Shown here in pieces: positions 1-12,820 of a stretch of 64,000 bases of DNA (its first letter is position 1; every line of letters starts with the position of its first letter). This stretch comes from Nitrospirales bacterium (GTDB taxonomy: Bacteria > Nitrospirota > Nitrospiria > Nitrospirales > UBA8639). The stretch is from contig CBDBCZ010000014.1 of the NCBI GenBank assembly GCA_965203295.1, forward strand, positions 608,001 to 672,000, in the 5' to 3' direction. Made by a program: the position numbers and the translations under genes. Below the pieces are notes generated by a model. The model did not search any database, was not told the DNA's origin, and was given only the letters and a program-made list of their open reading frames with translations.

Positions 1-123
1 AAAGCCACTCTGGATACCTGTCTGCCAATCCCCCTTGAATAGATCTATCATGAAGTCATTCCGTTATATATCAGTATATGCAGTGATGTATATACTGCAA
101 AGCACAAGCTTAATTAGTGTGAT

Positions 124-174
124 CATAGATAGTAGAGTAGAAGGACTTCCTATCCTTCTACTCTACTATCTATG
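124..174. mobile_element. 51 bp P-like minimal element or excision remnant; copies at 17056-17106 and 53967-54017
   Basis: CATAGATAGTAGAGTAGAAGGA hairpin with 7 bp TSD GTGTGAT. Confidence 0.75.
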
Positions 175-436
175 GTGTGATAAAAAGTATCTATTATAAA
201 CATACCTACACAGCAGTCAATCAACTGGAAGCTTTCTGCTTATGCTGTACACAAAGCTGCCCTGTGCAAATGTACATCTATCCTCGCTCCCAGGCCCTCA
301 CTTCATTTGGTTGCATGAAGGCTAGCATAATATACTTGTAAAAAGTCACTGGATTAATGGAGGTACTGTCTAACTACATGTATTGGTGTACTGACCACTA
401 TTTACAGTACCATAGACAAAGGGTCTAATTACATAC

Positions 437-698
437 CAAGGCTTCTCACAGTTGGGTAAAGTCTTTCCTCCCATTTGTCTATGAAGACAACAGTATGCAG
501 TGCCTTGTTGATCTGTAAAGCAGTCAGAAGTGGGTGCCAGTCGTTTCTCTTAGCCTTGAAGACCCGACAACTCAGCACTCCTTCCTTGGCTCCACTGCGG
601 ATACTGGCTATAGGACACGTGTCCTCCAGGGCACACAGACTTTCATAGTAAGCTACAAAGTCTTCAGCTCCTCGCTGACGAATGCAAACAGCCTCCAT
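437..698 (-). pseudogene. CEP78: CEP78-like first coding exon (copy 1; the rest lies off the left edge)
   Basis: MEAVCIRQRGAEDFVAYYESLCALEDTCPI...EGVL...DWHPLLTALQINK resembles the CEP78 N-terminus from memory. Ends at a G|GTATGT donor. Status inferred from the sister copies. Confidence 0.75.
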
Positions 699-2099
699 CT
701 AAGGATGGAATAGCAATTTCTGATATAGAGAAACTAGCTATACCGTACCATGCACAAGCTGCTCTGAATATAGTTAACTCCCTATAGCTACATGTACGTA
801 TACTAGATGTATTTCTTTCTGGTAGGTTTAGATTAGTAGCTGCATTGTCTTGCAAGTACATGTAAACTGCTGCTTCAATGGATTATGAAAGAAGTTCAAG
901 CACCTATTTCACAACATATATGTGAATAAGAAGGTGCTTTGCACTCATTTTGATAAACAAATTGTGCCAAAAATTAAATGTAGTTGTTGCAAGTCTGTAC
1001 TAAAATGACAGTAGAAGAAATGGTGGGGCTAAGATCTTTATTTAATGTGACAATATAAAGCCCCTCAGAAGGTTATAAACAGAATGCTATTCAAGTCTTC
1101 CATCAAACATCTTTAGTGACATACTCTATGAATTTGTGTGCAACATGTGGCCGTAAGTAAAGTACAAAGATCTCTGCAGGCAGGCTTGGGAAAGAGGCTA
1201 GCAGTGTATTAAAGGTATACAAGGGTCACCAACACCTTCAGGTGCAGGGAGCAGTAAGTGCAGTGTCTGGAGACACTGGCCATAGAGCTGCATATGGGAC
1301 GTGAGTTCAAATCCTGGTTCAGCAAAAGCCCAATGAAGGTTTGGAGCAGCTATGGTACAGGGCTGGGTGTTTCCCTCTTGCTGTGGAAACTGGTACATGT
1401 ACATACGCCATATCAGCTTCCCACAGTGTTTCAGATACCATTTTTATAACCCAATTTGGTATCTTTCACGGCTGATTAAGCATTCCAGTACACTAATTAA
1501 ATGCTGCAGCTACAAGTATAGGCAAATCAGGATTCTAGAGGTCTGGCAAACAAAGAAAGTTAGGATTGTCTCTATGATATTATAGAATCTGTAGGTGAAG
1601 GCTACACCAACATGTGGACAGCAAAAGTAGCAAGATCGCTCTAAAGTCAGTAGGCATTGTTTGCCCGAGTGCACTTCTCCCTGAGTGAATCAGGCAAACA
1701 AACCAATCATTTTGTAATGATCATCAACCTTTGTACTCCCCTAACACTAAGTGTCTTTGGCTATCCATGGTATTTTGCTCTAGGTGGATAAACCATTGTG
1801 GAATAATTTATTGAGTCATACAAGTTCCAGTTGTAATGGTTTACAGCTGCTGATGATGTTGCTGCTGATAATTTTCCTTATGGACACCCTAAAGCTTCCC
1901 TACTACACTCACCAAATATGCAGCATGTGCAGTCAGTCAAGAAAGCCACACCTCTTCGCAGTCGCATGCACTGCAGCAACGCAAGACCGTACTAGCGTGA
2001 GACGCTACACAAACGCTTAGCATGCACGTGAGAACCCAGCTCCTCCTGTATAACACATTTTACGCAATTAAAATCAGATGATCTGGAGTGGCCCTGATG

Positions 2100-2195
2100 T
2101 AGCCTCGTTCCCAGGCCCGCGCCATTTTCGGTTACACGAAAGATGTGACTTTCCTTCGTGCAACCGAAAAAGTCGCGGGCCTGGGAACGAGGCTA
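2100..2195. mobile_element. 96 bp hairpin MITE; copies at 15035-15130 and 55943-56038
   Basis: TIR TAGCCTCGTTCCCAGGCCCGCG and 9 bp TSD GCCCTGATG. Confidence 0.85.
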
Positions 2196-2305
2196 GCCCT
2201 GATGCGCCACTGGTTTCAAGGCAGTTCATGGATTATAATTTACTGCAATACTGTAAGCGATCCCCAAGTTGGTAGAAGTTGGAGCTAGCTAGACTAACGT
2301 GCTAC

Positions 2306-2329
2306 CATAGATAGTAGAAGTTATCTATG
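2306..2329. mobile_element. 24 bp P-like excision footprint; copies at 14901-14924 and 56149-56172
   Basis: GTGCTAC-CATAGATAGTAGAAGTTATCTATG-GTGCTAC. Confidence 0.75.
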
Positions 2330-2859
2330 GTGCTACGTACCTTGACTCTGGTTGCTGTAGTTTGCAGCAGAGATACTAATAATACCTTTGTTTGCAGCTT
2401 TAGTCAAACTCACTTCCCCGCCCCCCAAAAGAAAACAAAAAACAAACAAAAACAAAGACCCGGCAATGATAAGTGAGACTTCGACCTGTTCGCGTCTACT
2501 GCCATACCTCTCATTTCATGTATTATAGGAATCGAGAACGCGACAAGGAACCGACAGCTAGCTAAGGAACCACGAAGTAATAAATGCGGGGGCGGGCACG
2601 CTACGATATGCGCCGTGCGCGTCCATGCTTTTCGCGCCAGCTCACGCAGCTCTTGACTGCGCAAGAAAGTTGAACTCTCTAGAATTAAAGTACTACTACA
2701 GAAGAATGAAGTCTCTATTCAAGGAACAGGGAGGTTATAGGTATTATCAAATAATTTGTAGCAAGACCTGACAGTTCCCAATTTATGCCCCACCAGGTAG
2801 TTTCACGAGTTCACATGAAACAGTAATTGATTGTAGGTATCTATCAATAAATAAGAGTA

Positions 2860-4932
2860 AAATGGAAGCGGTAACATACAAGAAAGATTATAGAAGTCTG
2901 TCAACATTAAGGATTCTGAAGCATCTTGAAGAGGAGTATATATATCGTTATAAGGCCAAACAAACTTTCATCACAGCCTCTAGTTTACAGGGAGAATGGA
3001 GAGGAACCAAATTCCCAATTTCATTTCCACCTCTAATTAATTGTACACATTACTTTTCTTGTGTTTGCCTTTAGTGATTGCTGAAATGAAACATAGGTGG
3101 GAGATAATTAGTCACACAGAACACAACTTCAATAAGCAAAGTGGAATGAACCATATATAAGGAGCAATGTAAGTAACTATGCCTCATATTGACAGCCAAC
3201 TTTGAGATCAGTGTATTCCTAGCAGAGAGAATTGGGGAAGTTACTGCTTCCCAATTAATTGCCTACTCTGACAGAGTGCACACATTAATCTTCTTTAGAG
3301 ATAGCAGATATGTGGGAATAAACAAATTAATGTATGCAGTGCACAATCGTAATATGCTGCTCTAGAAGGAACTGTGTAAAAAACAGCGTAAGTAAAACCG
3401 TACCCATGACAGTCTACTTAGAGATCACACAAAGTCAGGCAAGATATTCCTAGCTAATTAGGAATCTGCCAGAGAGAATGGAGAGGAACCAGCTTCCCAA
3501 TTCCATTCCCCACTCTAATTAATTGTACACGTTACTTTTCTTGTTTTTGCAAAATGTTACTTCAAAGTTTGCAAGCAGAAAACATAAGTGGAAGATAACT
3601 AATTTAGTTACACCTAACACAACTTCCACAAGAAGTCGTGGAATGAACCATCTAAAAGGCACTGGAACAACAAACAGAACAAAATGTGAGGAAAAGTAAA
3701 TAACACAATCTCAGTAAGCTTCTCTAGAAGGAACCATGTAAGGAACCGCACCCCTGACAGCCCACTTTGTGATAACACAAAGCTAATTGAGAATCTGTCT
3801 CTTTACTGCAAAGATACCAACAGCACAGCCTCTAACTACCGGAGAGAATGGAGAGGAATCAGCTTCAAATTCAATAAACCCACTCTAATTAATGACACAC
3901 ATTACTTTTTTGTGTGTTCGCACAATGTAACTTTAGAGATTGCAGGCAGGAAACAGGTGGGGGATGATTAGTCTCACAGAACTTGAAGGAATAATCTACG
4001 GAGCAAAGTAAGGAACCGTGCCTCATATTGACAGCCAACTTTGAGATCAGTGTATTCCTAGCAGAGAAAATTGGAGCAGTTGCTGCTTCCCAAATAATTG
4101 CCTACTCTGGTAAGTGCATGCTTTACTCTCCTCATGTTAACACAATGATTCTTTAGGGAAAGGAGACAGGACAAATGTAAAAAAAGCAAGTTATGCAGTA
4201 AACAATTGCAGTAAGCTGCTTTAGAAGGAACCGTAAGGAACCGTACCGCTGACAGCCCACTTTGAGATCACACAAAGTCAGGCAAGGTATTCCTAACTAA
4301 TTGGAAATCTGTTTCTTTATTGCAAAGATACCAACAGCACAGCTTCTAGCTACCAGAGAGAGCGGAAAGGTACCAGCTTCGCAATTTCATTCTCCACTCT
4401 AATTAATTGTACACATTACTTTTCTTGTGATGGCAAAATGTTACTTCAGAGATTGCAGGCAAGAAACCATAGTTAGTACTCTACAATCTATGACAAAACA
4501 TAGGACGTGGGGGAAATTAGTCACATGCACAGAACACAAATTCGATATGTAACCGTGGAATGTACCATCTAAAAAGCACAGTAGTAACTGTGCCTCATAT
4601 TGACAAGAAAGATTATAGACGACTGCCAACATTAAGGAGAAGCATCTAGAAGAGGAGTATATCGCTATAAGGCTAAACAAACTTCTATCACAGCCTCTAG
4701 CTGCCAGGGAGAATGGAGAGGTACCAATTTTCCAATTTCATTTTCAACTCTAATTAATTGTACACATTACTGTTCTTGTGTTTGCCTTTAGTGATTGCTG
4801 AAATGAAACATAGGTGGGAGATAATTAGTCACACAGAACACAACTTCAATAAGCAAAGTGGAATGAACCATCAATAAGCAACCGTTGAAGGAACGTCTAA
4901 GGATCAAAGCATAGATCAAAGTAAGGAACCGT
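2860..4932 (+). repeat. Degenerate complex satellite with ~220-350 bp monomers; further arrays in either orientation at ~5720-7868, 8530-14370, 28050-31377, 39673-44160, 58500-63520
   Basis: Recurring AAGGAACCGT..TGACAGCCCACTTTGAGAT and CTCTAATTAATTGTACACATTACTTTTCTTGTG blocks. Anchors at ~3190, 3407, 3755, 4029, 4250, 4601. Confidence 0.85.
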
Positions 4933-5593
4933 TGTCACAGTAAATTTGATCGCTCGGAAATTCGATCGCGGCGACAGAATTTACTAGGAAATACTATCGC
5001 CGAGCGATTCAATTTACTAGGAAATACGGTAGCGCCTAGGAAATATTATCGCACGCTAGCTTTGCACCTTCCCAGCACTCAGTGTACATGGCATAGTCTC
5101 GTGGATTTTGATCTATGTTCAAACGTTCCCAGGCCACAATCAGGGCTTACCCCCGCTTTCCTTGCGGGCTGGGAAAGACTAATGTAAGCGCAGGGTACTG
5201 GCTGCCAAATTCGAGACTCCATACTAGTATAGTAGCCTGCTGGGTTATCCAGCGCTCAGGAAGTCTCTACTCTTCATGTTTAGCTGACTGTTGACTCATA
5301 ATGCGATGTGCATGAATAAAGTGTACATGTTGTATACAGAAAACTTATGTTACAGTGCTGGTACGCATGACAGGTGTGCAAAACCATTACTGCTTAAATA
5401 CAGCTTCTGGTATTTTTGCACAGGATTCGTGAAACCATTTTCCACACTTGCTGCACATGCGTTCTTCTCCATTGTCTGGCAGCCAGCATGAACAGTAAAC
5501 GCCCACATTCTCACTTCCGATGGGCGTTCCTGCTCGGATCGTCTGGGGCGGGAATGGTACCAGCTTTCCGTCCTTTAAGAAGCATACTCTTTA
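4933..5593 (-). mobile_element. 3' fragment of a Ginger-like DNA transposon (TIR plus degenerate PHD-finger coding tail); copies at 7869-8529 (+), 10675-11335 (+), 60586-61246 (-), 63524-64000 (+)
   Basis: Terminus TGTCACAGTAAATT. The 7869 copy translates ...GKLEPFP...VYCSCWLPDNGEERMCSKCGKWFHESCAKIPEAVFKQ*WFC (PHD-like). Flanked by CCGT. Confidence 0.7.
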
Positions 5594-6571
5594 GAATTTA
5601 TTGAATGTTCACCCACTCTGAGACTCACACACAACCTAAAAACAGGTGACCTGGTGTGCTGTGTGACACCCTACCGCCAACCTAAATAAGTGTGTTTTGA
5701 CCACTTTATTTCTAAGAGTGAAGAGCCACAGCCTCTAGCTACCAGAGAAAATGGAGAGGTAACAGCTTCCCAATTTCATTCCACACTCTAGTATAGCATA
5801 CTTTTCTTACTCGCATAATGTTTAACTTAATTCAGAGATTGTATGCAGGTACAAAATATAGGTGAGCTACAATAGTTATAGACTTTCATTAGTAAGCAAT
5901 GTTGTACTGTAGGCTTAGAGGGTGATGTATGTCCGGCAAGCAGGCACCCTGAGGTGCAATGTCGCTATTTCTTAGTAATCACTTTTCGGTTGCTCTTATA
6001 CATATTCCTGGCCAATAATGAGGGTAGCTATTATAACCTAAGAGGGATTTCTATGAAGCAGTGACATTGTACCAAGGTTGCCTGTTCAACAGACATATAT
6101 ACAGAAGCACTCAACCTCTAAGCCAAGGTTATTTTCAGACTGTTTATCCTGGTGTAAACTATAATCCCAGAAATGTGGCTCTTGGTATTTATATAGTACA
6201 GAGACGGATTCCCACCTTTAGTTTAATTATTCTTCTAGTGCGATGTGAAAGGGGGCTGTCAGTATGTAGGACATGTTCTTACAAGATTTGAGTTTAACCA
6301 TGCGTTGCTTACTGAAGTTGTAATCTCTATAGAGATATAACTACATAAACCATAATTGTTTCTCACTCTCTGAATTAACTGCATGAGATAAGGAGTGTGT
6401 ACGTATGCTTAGTTAGAGTGGGGAAGCTGTTACTTTTCCTCTCTCTCTGGTAGCTAGAGGCTGTGGCTTTTGGTATCTCTGGAATACAGAGACAGATTTC
6501 CAATTAGCTAGGAATGCGTACCTTGTCTGACTTTGTGTGATCTCAACGTGGGCTGTCAGGGGTACCGCGCG

Positions 6572-6792
6572 CATGCAGAAATAAAGTGGAATGCGTTGCA
6601 GGGAAATTTGACAGGAAATCTGGCAGTTTAGGTACAGGACAGTATAGGATAGGGTGGAATTTCCTTTAAAATCATGAAATTCTGCCCTATCCTATACTAC
6701 CTTAAATTGTACCTGAAATACCAGATTTTCTGTCAAATTTCCTTGTAACACGTTTCAGGAAATTCCACTTTTTTCTGCATTTTTTTACTGTA
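6572..6792. mobile_element. Fold-back MITE (~220 bp); copies at ~30167-30387, ~41660-41880, ~62227-62445
   Basis: Long imperfect palindrome (GAAATTTGACAG...CTGTCAAATTTC; AGTATAGGATAGGG...CCCTATCCTATACT) interrupting a satellite monomer. Confidence 0.7.
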
Positions 6793-9059
6793 CATGGTTG
6801 CTTACATGATTCATTCTAGAGCTGCTTGCCGCGATTAGGTACTGCATAGTTGTCTATTTTCACATTTTGTTCTGTCTGCTGTCTTTTAAAGGAGAACTAT
6901 GAACGCTAAATTAGAGCTGGGATGTGTTTGGAAAGCAGTCAATTATTTTTTCTCCCTAGTAGCTAGAGAGTGCGGCTCTTAGCATCTTCAAAATGCAAGG
7001 ACTGATTTCCTATTAGTTGTGCAAAGGAATATCCTTACTTCAATTCTTCAAATACAATATTTCACGGAGTGGGCTCTTAGTGGTACGAATCCTTACACGG
7101 TTCTTTCTAGAGTTGCTTGCTGATGTAGTATACTGTATTAATTTACTAGTTGTTTACCACCTATTGTTTGTACTGAATATCTCTAGCAGATCATTGTGAG
7201 AACATATGAAAAGTAATAGATGTAGGGCGGGGATGAAATTAGGAAGCAGTAGCTGCTCCAATTTTCTCTGGTAGAGAGAGGTTGTGGCTTTTGGTGTCCA
7301 CCCTTCTTCAGGTATTGAAGTGCTATCTCAAAGTGGGCTGTCAGGGGTAGTGTTCCTGACTTGGTTCCTTACACGGTTCCATCTAGAGCAGCGTATTACG
7401 ATTTTGTACTACATATAATTTGGTTTGTTTTCACATTTATCCTGTCTTCTTTCCCTAAAGAATCATTGTGTTCACATGTGGAGAGTAAAGTATGCACTTA
7501 CCAGAGTAGGCAATTATTTGGGAAGCACTAACTGCTCCAATTCTCTCTGCTAGGAATACACTGATCTCAAAGTTGGCTATCAGTACAAGACACGGTTCCT
7601 TATTAGACGTTTCTTCAACTGTTGATTATTAATGGCTCATTCCACTTTGCTTATTGAAGTTGTGTTCTGTGTGGCTAATTATCTCCCACCTATGTTTCAT
7701 TTTAGCAATCACTAATGGCAAACACAAGAAAGGTAATGTGTACAATTAATTAAAGTTGGAAATGAAATTGGGAATTTAGTTCCTCTCCATTCTCCTAGGT
7801 AGCTAGAGGCTGTAATGAAAGTTTGTTTAGCCTTATAACGATCTACTCCTCCTCAAGATGCTTCTCGTTAAAGAGTATGCTTCTTAAAGGACGGAAAGCT
7901 GGAACCATTCCCGCCCCAGACGATCCGAGCAGGAACGCCCATCAGAAGTGAGAATGTGGGCGTTTACTGTTCATGCTGGCTGCCAGACAATGGAGAAGAA
8001 CGCATGTGCAGCAAGTGTGGAAAATGGTTTCACGAATCCTGTGCAAAAATACCAGAAGCTGTATTTAAGCAGTAATGGTTTTGCACACCCGTCATGCGTA
8101 CCAGCACTGTAACATAAGTTTTCTGTATACAACATGTACACTTTATTCATGCACATCGCATTATGAGTCAACAGTCAGCAAAACATGAAGAGTAGAGACT
8201 TCCTGAGCGCTGGATAACCCAGCAGGCTACTACACTAGTATGGAGTCACGAATTTGGCAGCCAGTACCCTGCGCTTACATTAGTCTTTCCCAGCCCGCAA
8301 GGAAAGCGGGGGTAAGCCCTGATTGTGGCCTGGGAACGTTTGAACATAGATCAAAATCCACGAGACTATGCCATGTACGCTGAGTGCTGGGAAGGTGCAA
8401 AGCTAGCGTGCGATAATATTTCCTAGGCGCTACCGTATTTCCTAGTAAATTGAATCGCTCGGCGATAGTATTTCCTAGTAAATTCTGTCGCCGCGATCGA
8501 ATTTCCGAGCGATCAAATTTACTGTGACAACGGTTCCTTACTTTGATCTATGCTTTGATCCTTAGACGTTCCTTCAACGGTTGCTTATTGATGGTTCATT
8601 CCACTTTGCTTATTGAAGTTGTGTTCTGTGTGACTAATTATCTCCCACCTATGTTTCATTTCAGCAATCACTAAAGGCAAACACAAGAACAGTAATGTGT
8701 ACAATTAATTAGAGTTGAAAATGAAATTGGAAATTTGGTACCTCTCCATTCTCCCTGGCAGCTAGAGGCTGTGATAGAAGTTTGTTTAGCCTTATAGCGA
8801 TATACTCCTCTTCTAAATGCTTCTCCTTAATGTTGGCAGTCGTCTATAATCTTTCTTGTCAATATGAGGCACAGTTACTACTGTGCTTTTTAGATGGTAC
8901 ATTCCACGGTTACATATCGAATTTGTGTTCTGTGCATGTGACTAATTTCCCCCACGTCCTATGTTTTGTCATAGATTGTAGAGTACTAACTATGGTTTCT
9001 TGCCTGCAATCTCTGAAGTAACATTTTGCCATCACAAGAAAAGTAATGTGTACAATTAA

Positions 9060-10014
9060 GGTAGGAAGGGCCTCACCTGGAATCCACAATTCAAATGGAC
9101 GGCTTTGTTGACAACATGAAAGTCTACCTCGAATTGACAAAAATTTTGCATCTAACCACACCTCCTGCTAAATAATCCACAAAAACGCAATTTCGGGTTG
9201 CTTTAAAATACGAGAAATTTTGGAATCTGCTAGAGCCCCGCCCACAGTCTGGCAACAACACCAGTACCTACAGAGGACAGGCTACAAACGTAGGGATGCT
9301 TTTTCACAGGAATGCTTCAAAGCCAGTTTTACAGCCCTGAACGCATCCAACCACCCCAAAACCCTCATTTTCGCTATCCTGACTTTCAAAAAAAATTCGG
9401 CAACCGCCCACGCTCACCCGACGAATTCGAGCCCTGCATTACAAACTTCAACCTACTCCCACAAAAATTAGGGATGCGATTTTTCATTCACCCCTCGGTT
9501 TCTGAGAACCACCCACCAGAGCTCTCCCTATAAATCTCCACAGATTTTCACACAACTAGCTATTCGAGCTAATTTTAAAAAAAATGGGCGGGGCTTACAG
9601 ACCCGAAAGGTGACTATTCTAGCCTACCTGAGATGGGCAACAACCTGCCACTATCCGTCTGTCTGGCTGACTTCTAGCCACTCGGGCAGCCTAACAAACT
9701 TTCTACAACACACTAGCTAGCTATTCTGACATAAAAAGCCTACTCACAATTCTATGATGTCATATCTTCTTTTAAAAAAAAAAGTGTCGAAAGCCAACAT
9801 CAGAGTACCGCTCAACCACATCAAAGTGCCGATATCACATATGAAAGAGCCGCTATCCACATCAAAGTGACACACCCCTCCTGTTGATTCCGGTTGCCGC
9901 CATGGGAAAATGCAAACATATCAATGAATCTAATTAGCGCCACGTGAGTGACGTCATCTCATTAATTCTTCATGAGGAGAATCACGCGGATTCGAAGGTG
10001 AGGCCCTTCCTACC
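9060..10014. mobile_element. Non-autonomous TIR element, Kolobok-like (955 bp), copy 1
   Basis: 19 bp TIRs GGTAGGAAGGGCCTCACCT, preceded by TTAA; the right-hand TTAA is missing in this copy. Absent at the matching sites ~4400 and ~60055. Confidence 0.8.
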
Positions 10015-11865
10015 TTAGAGTGGAGAATGAAATTGCGAAGCTGGTACCTTTCCGCTCTCTCTGGTAGCTAGAAGCTGTGCTGTTGGTATCTTTGCAATAA
10101 AGAAACAGATTTCCAATTAGTTAGGAATACCTTGCCTGACTTTGTGTGATCTCAAAGTGGGCTGTCAGCGGTACGGTTCCTTACGGTTCCTTCTAAAGCA
10201 GCTTACTGCAATTGTTTACTGCATAACTTGCTTTTTTTACATTTGTCCTGTCTCCTTTCCCTAAAGAATCATTGTGTTAACATGAGGAGAGTAAAGCATG
10301 CACTTACCAGAGTAGACAATTATTTGGGAAGCAACAACTGCTCCAATTTTCTCTGCTAGGAATACACTGATCTCAAAGTTGGCTATCAGTACAAGACACG
10401 GTTCCTTATTAGACGTTTCTTCAACTGTTGATTATTAATGGCTCATTCCACTTTGCTTATTGAAGTTGTGTTCTGTGTGGCTAATTATCTCCCACCTATG
10501 TTTCATTTTAGCAATCACTAATGGCAAACACAAGAAAGGTAATGTGTACAATTAATTAGAGTTGGAAATGAAATTGGGAATTTAGTTCCTCTCCATTCTC
10601 CTAGGTAGCTAGAGGCTGTAATGAAAGTTTGTTTAGCCTTATAACGATCTACTCCTCCTCAAGATGCTTCTCGTTAAAGAGTATGCTTCTTAAAGGACGG
10701 AAAGCTGGAACCATTCCCGCCCCAGACGATCCGAGCAGGAACGCCCATCAGAAGTGAGAATGTGGGCGTTTACTGTTCATGCTGGCTACCAGACAATGGA
10801 GAAGAACGCATGTGCAGCAAGTGTGGAAAATGGTTTCACGAATCCTGTGCAAAAATACCAGAAGCTGTATTTAAGCAGTAATGGTTTTGCACACCCGTCA
10901 TGCGTACCAGCACTGTAACATAAGTTTTCTGTATACAACATGTACACTTTATTCATGCACATCGCATTATGAGTCAACAGTCAGCAAAACATGAAGAGTA
11001 GAGACTTCCTGAGCGCTGGATAACCCAGCAGGCTACTACACTAGTATGGAGTCACGAATTTGGCAGCCAGTACCCTGCGCTTACATTAGTCTTTCCCAGC
11101 CCGCAAGGAAAGCGGGGGTAAGCCCTGATTGTGGCCTGGGAACGTTTGAACATAGATCAAAATCCACGAGACTATGCCATGTACGCTGAGTGCTGGGAAG
11201 GTGCAAAGCTAGCGTGCGATAATATTTCCTAGGTGCTACCGTATTTCCTAGTAAATTGAATCGCTCGGCGATAGTATTTCCTAGTAAATTCTGTCGCCGC
11301 GATCGAATTTCCGAGCGATCAAATTTACTGTGACAACGGTTCCTTACTTTGATCTATGCTTTGATCCTTAGACGTTCCTTCAACGGTTGCTTATTGATGG
11401 TTCATTCCACTTTGCTTATTGAAGTTGTGTTCTGTGTGACTAATTATCTCCCACCTATGTTTCATTTCAGCAATCACTAAAAGCAAACACAAGAACAGTA
11501 ATGTGTACAATTAATTAGAGTTGAAAATGAAATTGGAAATTTGGTACCTCTCCATTCTCCCTGGCAGCTAGAGGCTGTGATAGAAGTTTGTTTAGCCTTA
11601 TAGCGATATACTCCTCTTCTAGATGCTTCTCCTTAATGTTGGCAGTCGTCTATAATCTTTCTTGTCAATATGAGGCACAGTTACTACTGTGCTTTTTAGA
11701 TGGTACATTCCACGGTTACATATCGAATTTGTGTTCTGTGCATGTGACTAATTTCCCCCACGTCCTATGTTTTGTCATAGATTGTAGAGTACTAACTATG
11801 GTTTCTTGCCTGCAATCTCTGAAGTAACATTTTGCCATCACAAGAAAAGTAATGTGTACAATTAA

Positions 11866-12820
11866 GGTAGGAAGGGCCTCACCTGGAATCCACAATTCAA
11901 ATGGACGGCTTTGTTGATAACATGAAAGTCTACCTCGAATTGACAAAAATTTTGCATCTAACCACACCTCCTGCTAAATAATCCACGAAAACGCAATTTC
12001 GGGTTGCTTTAAAATACGAGAAATTTTGGAATCTGCTAGAGCCCCGCCCACAGTCTGGCAACAACACCAGTACCTACAGAGGACAGGCTACAAACGTAGG
12101 GATGCTTTTTCACAGGAATGCTTCAAAGCCAGTTTTACAGCCCTGAACGCATCCAACCACCCCAAAACCCTCATTTTCGCTATCCTGACTTTCAAAAAAA
12201 ATTCGGCAACCGCCCACGCTCACCCGACGAATTCGAGCCCTGCATTACAAACTTCAACCTACTCCCACAAAAATTAGGGATGCGATTTTTCATTCACCCC
12301 TCGGTTTCTGAGAACCACCCACCAGAGCTCTCCCTATAAATCTCCACAGATTTTCACACAACTAGCTATTCGAGCTAATTTTAAAAAAAATGGGCGGGGC
12401 CTACAGACCCGAAAGGTGACTATTCTAGCCTACCTGAGATGGGCAACAACCTGCCACTATCCGTCTGTCTGGCTGACTTCTAGCCACTCGGGCAGCCTAA
12501 CAAACTTTCTACAACACACTAGCTAGCTATTCTGACATAAAAAGCCTACTCACAATTCTATGATGTCATATCTTCTTTTTAAAAAAAAAGTGTTGAAAGC
12601 CAACATCAGAGTACCGCTCAACCACATCAAAGTGCCGATATCACATATGAAAGAACCGCTATCCACATCAAAGTGACACACCCCTCCTGTTGATTCCGGT
12701 TGCCGCCATGGGAAAATGCAAACATATCAATGAATCTAATTAGCGCCACGTGAGTGACGTCATCTCATTAATTCTTCATGAGGAGAATCACGCGGATTCG
12801 AAGGTGAGGCCCTTCCTACC
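11866..12820. mobile_element. Non-autonomous TIR element, Kolobok-like (955 bp), copy 2
   Basis: Same TIRs with a TTAA TSD on both sides. GG...CC (RR...YY) termini fit Kolobok better than piggyBac. Confidence 0.85.

Larger units (their letters stand above)
1..5593 (-). repeat. Amplicon arm copy 1 (partial). Inverted relative to 7869-17229; direct copy of 53844-61246
   Basis: Mirrored ORF coordinates sum to 17230 (429..698 vs 16532..16801) and 13462 (5291..5491 vs 7971..8171). Direct offset to the last copy is 53843 before the P-like insertion and ~55650 after it. Confidence 0.97.

Noticed and set aside
1270..1325. Possible tRNA (GAGTTCAAATCC B-box-like motif)
   Set aside because: No convincing A box or cloverleaf.
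2862..4680. Satellite as a repeated protein-coding domain (ORFs such as ...FPTLINCTHYFSCVC)
   Set aside because: Stops and frameshifts recur in the monomers, with no splice structure or recognisable domain.
9220..9533. ORFs inside the Kolobok-like element
   Set aside because: Short, no transposase motifs; the element appears non-coding.
9060..12820. piggyBac assignment for the TTAA element
   Set aside because: Termini are GG...CC rather than the CC...GG typical of piggyBac.
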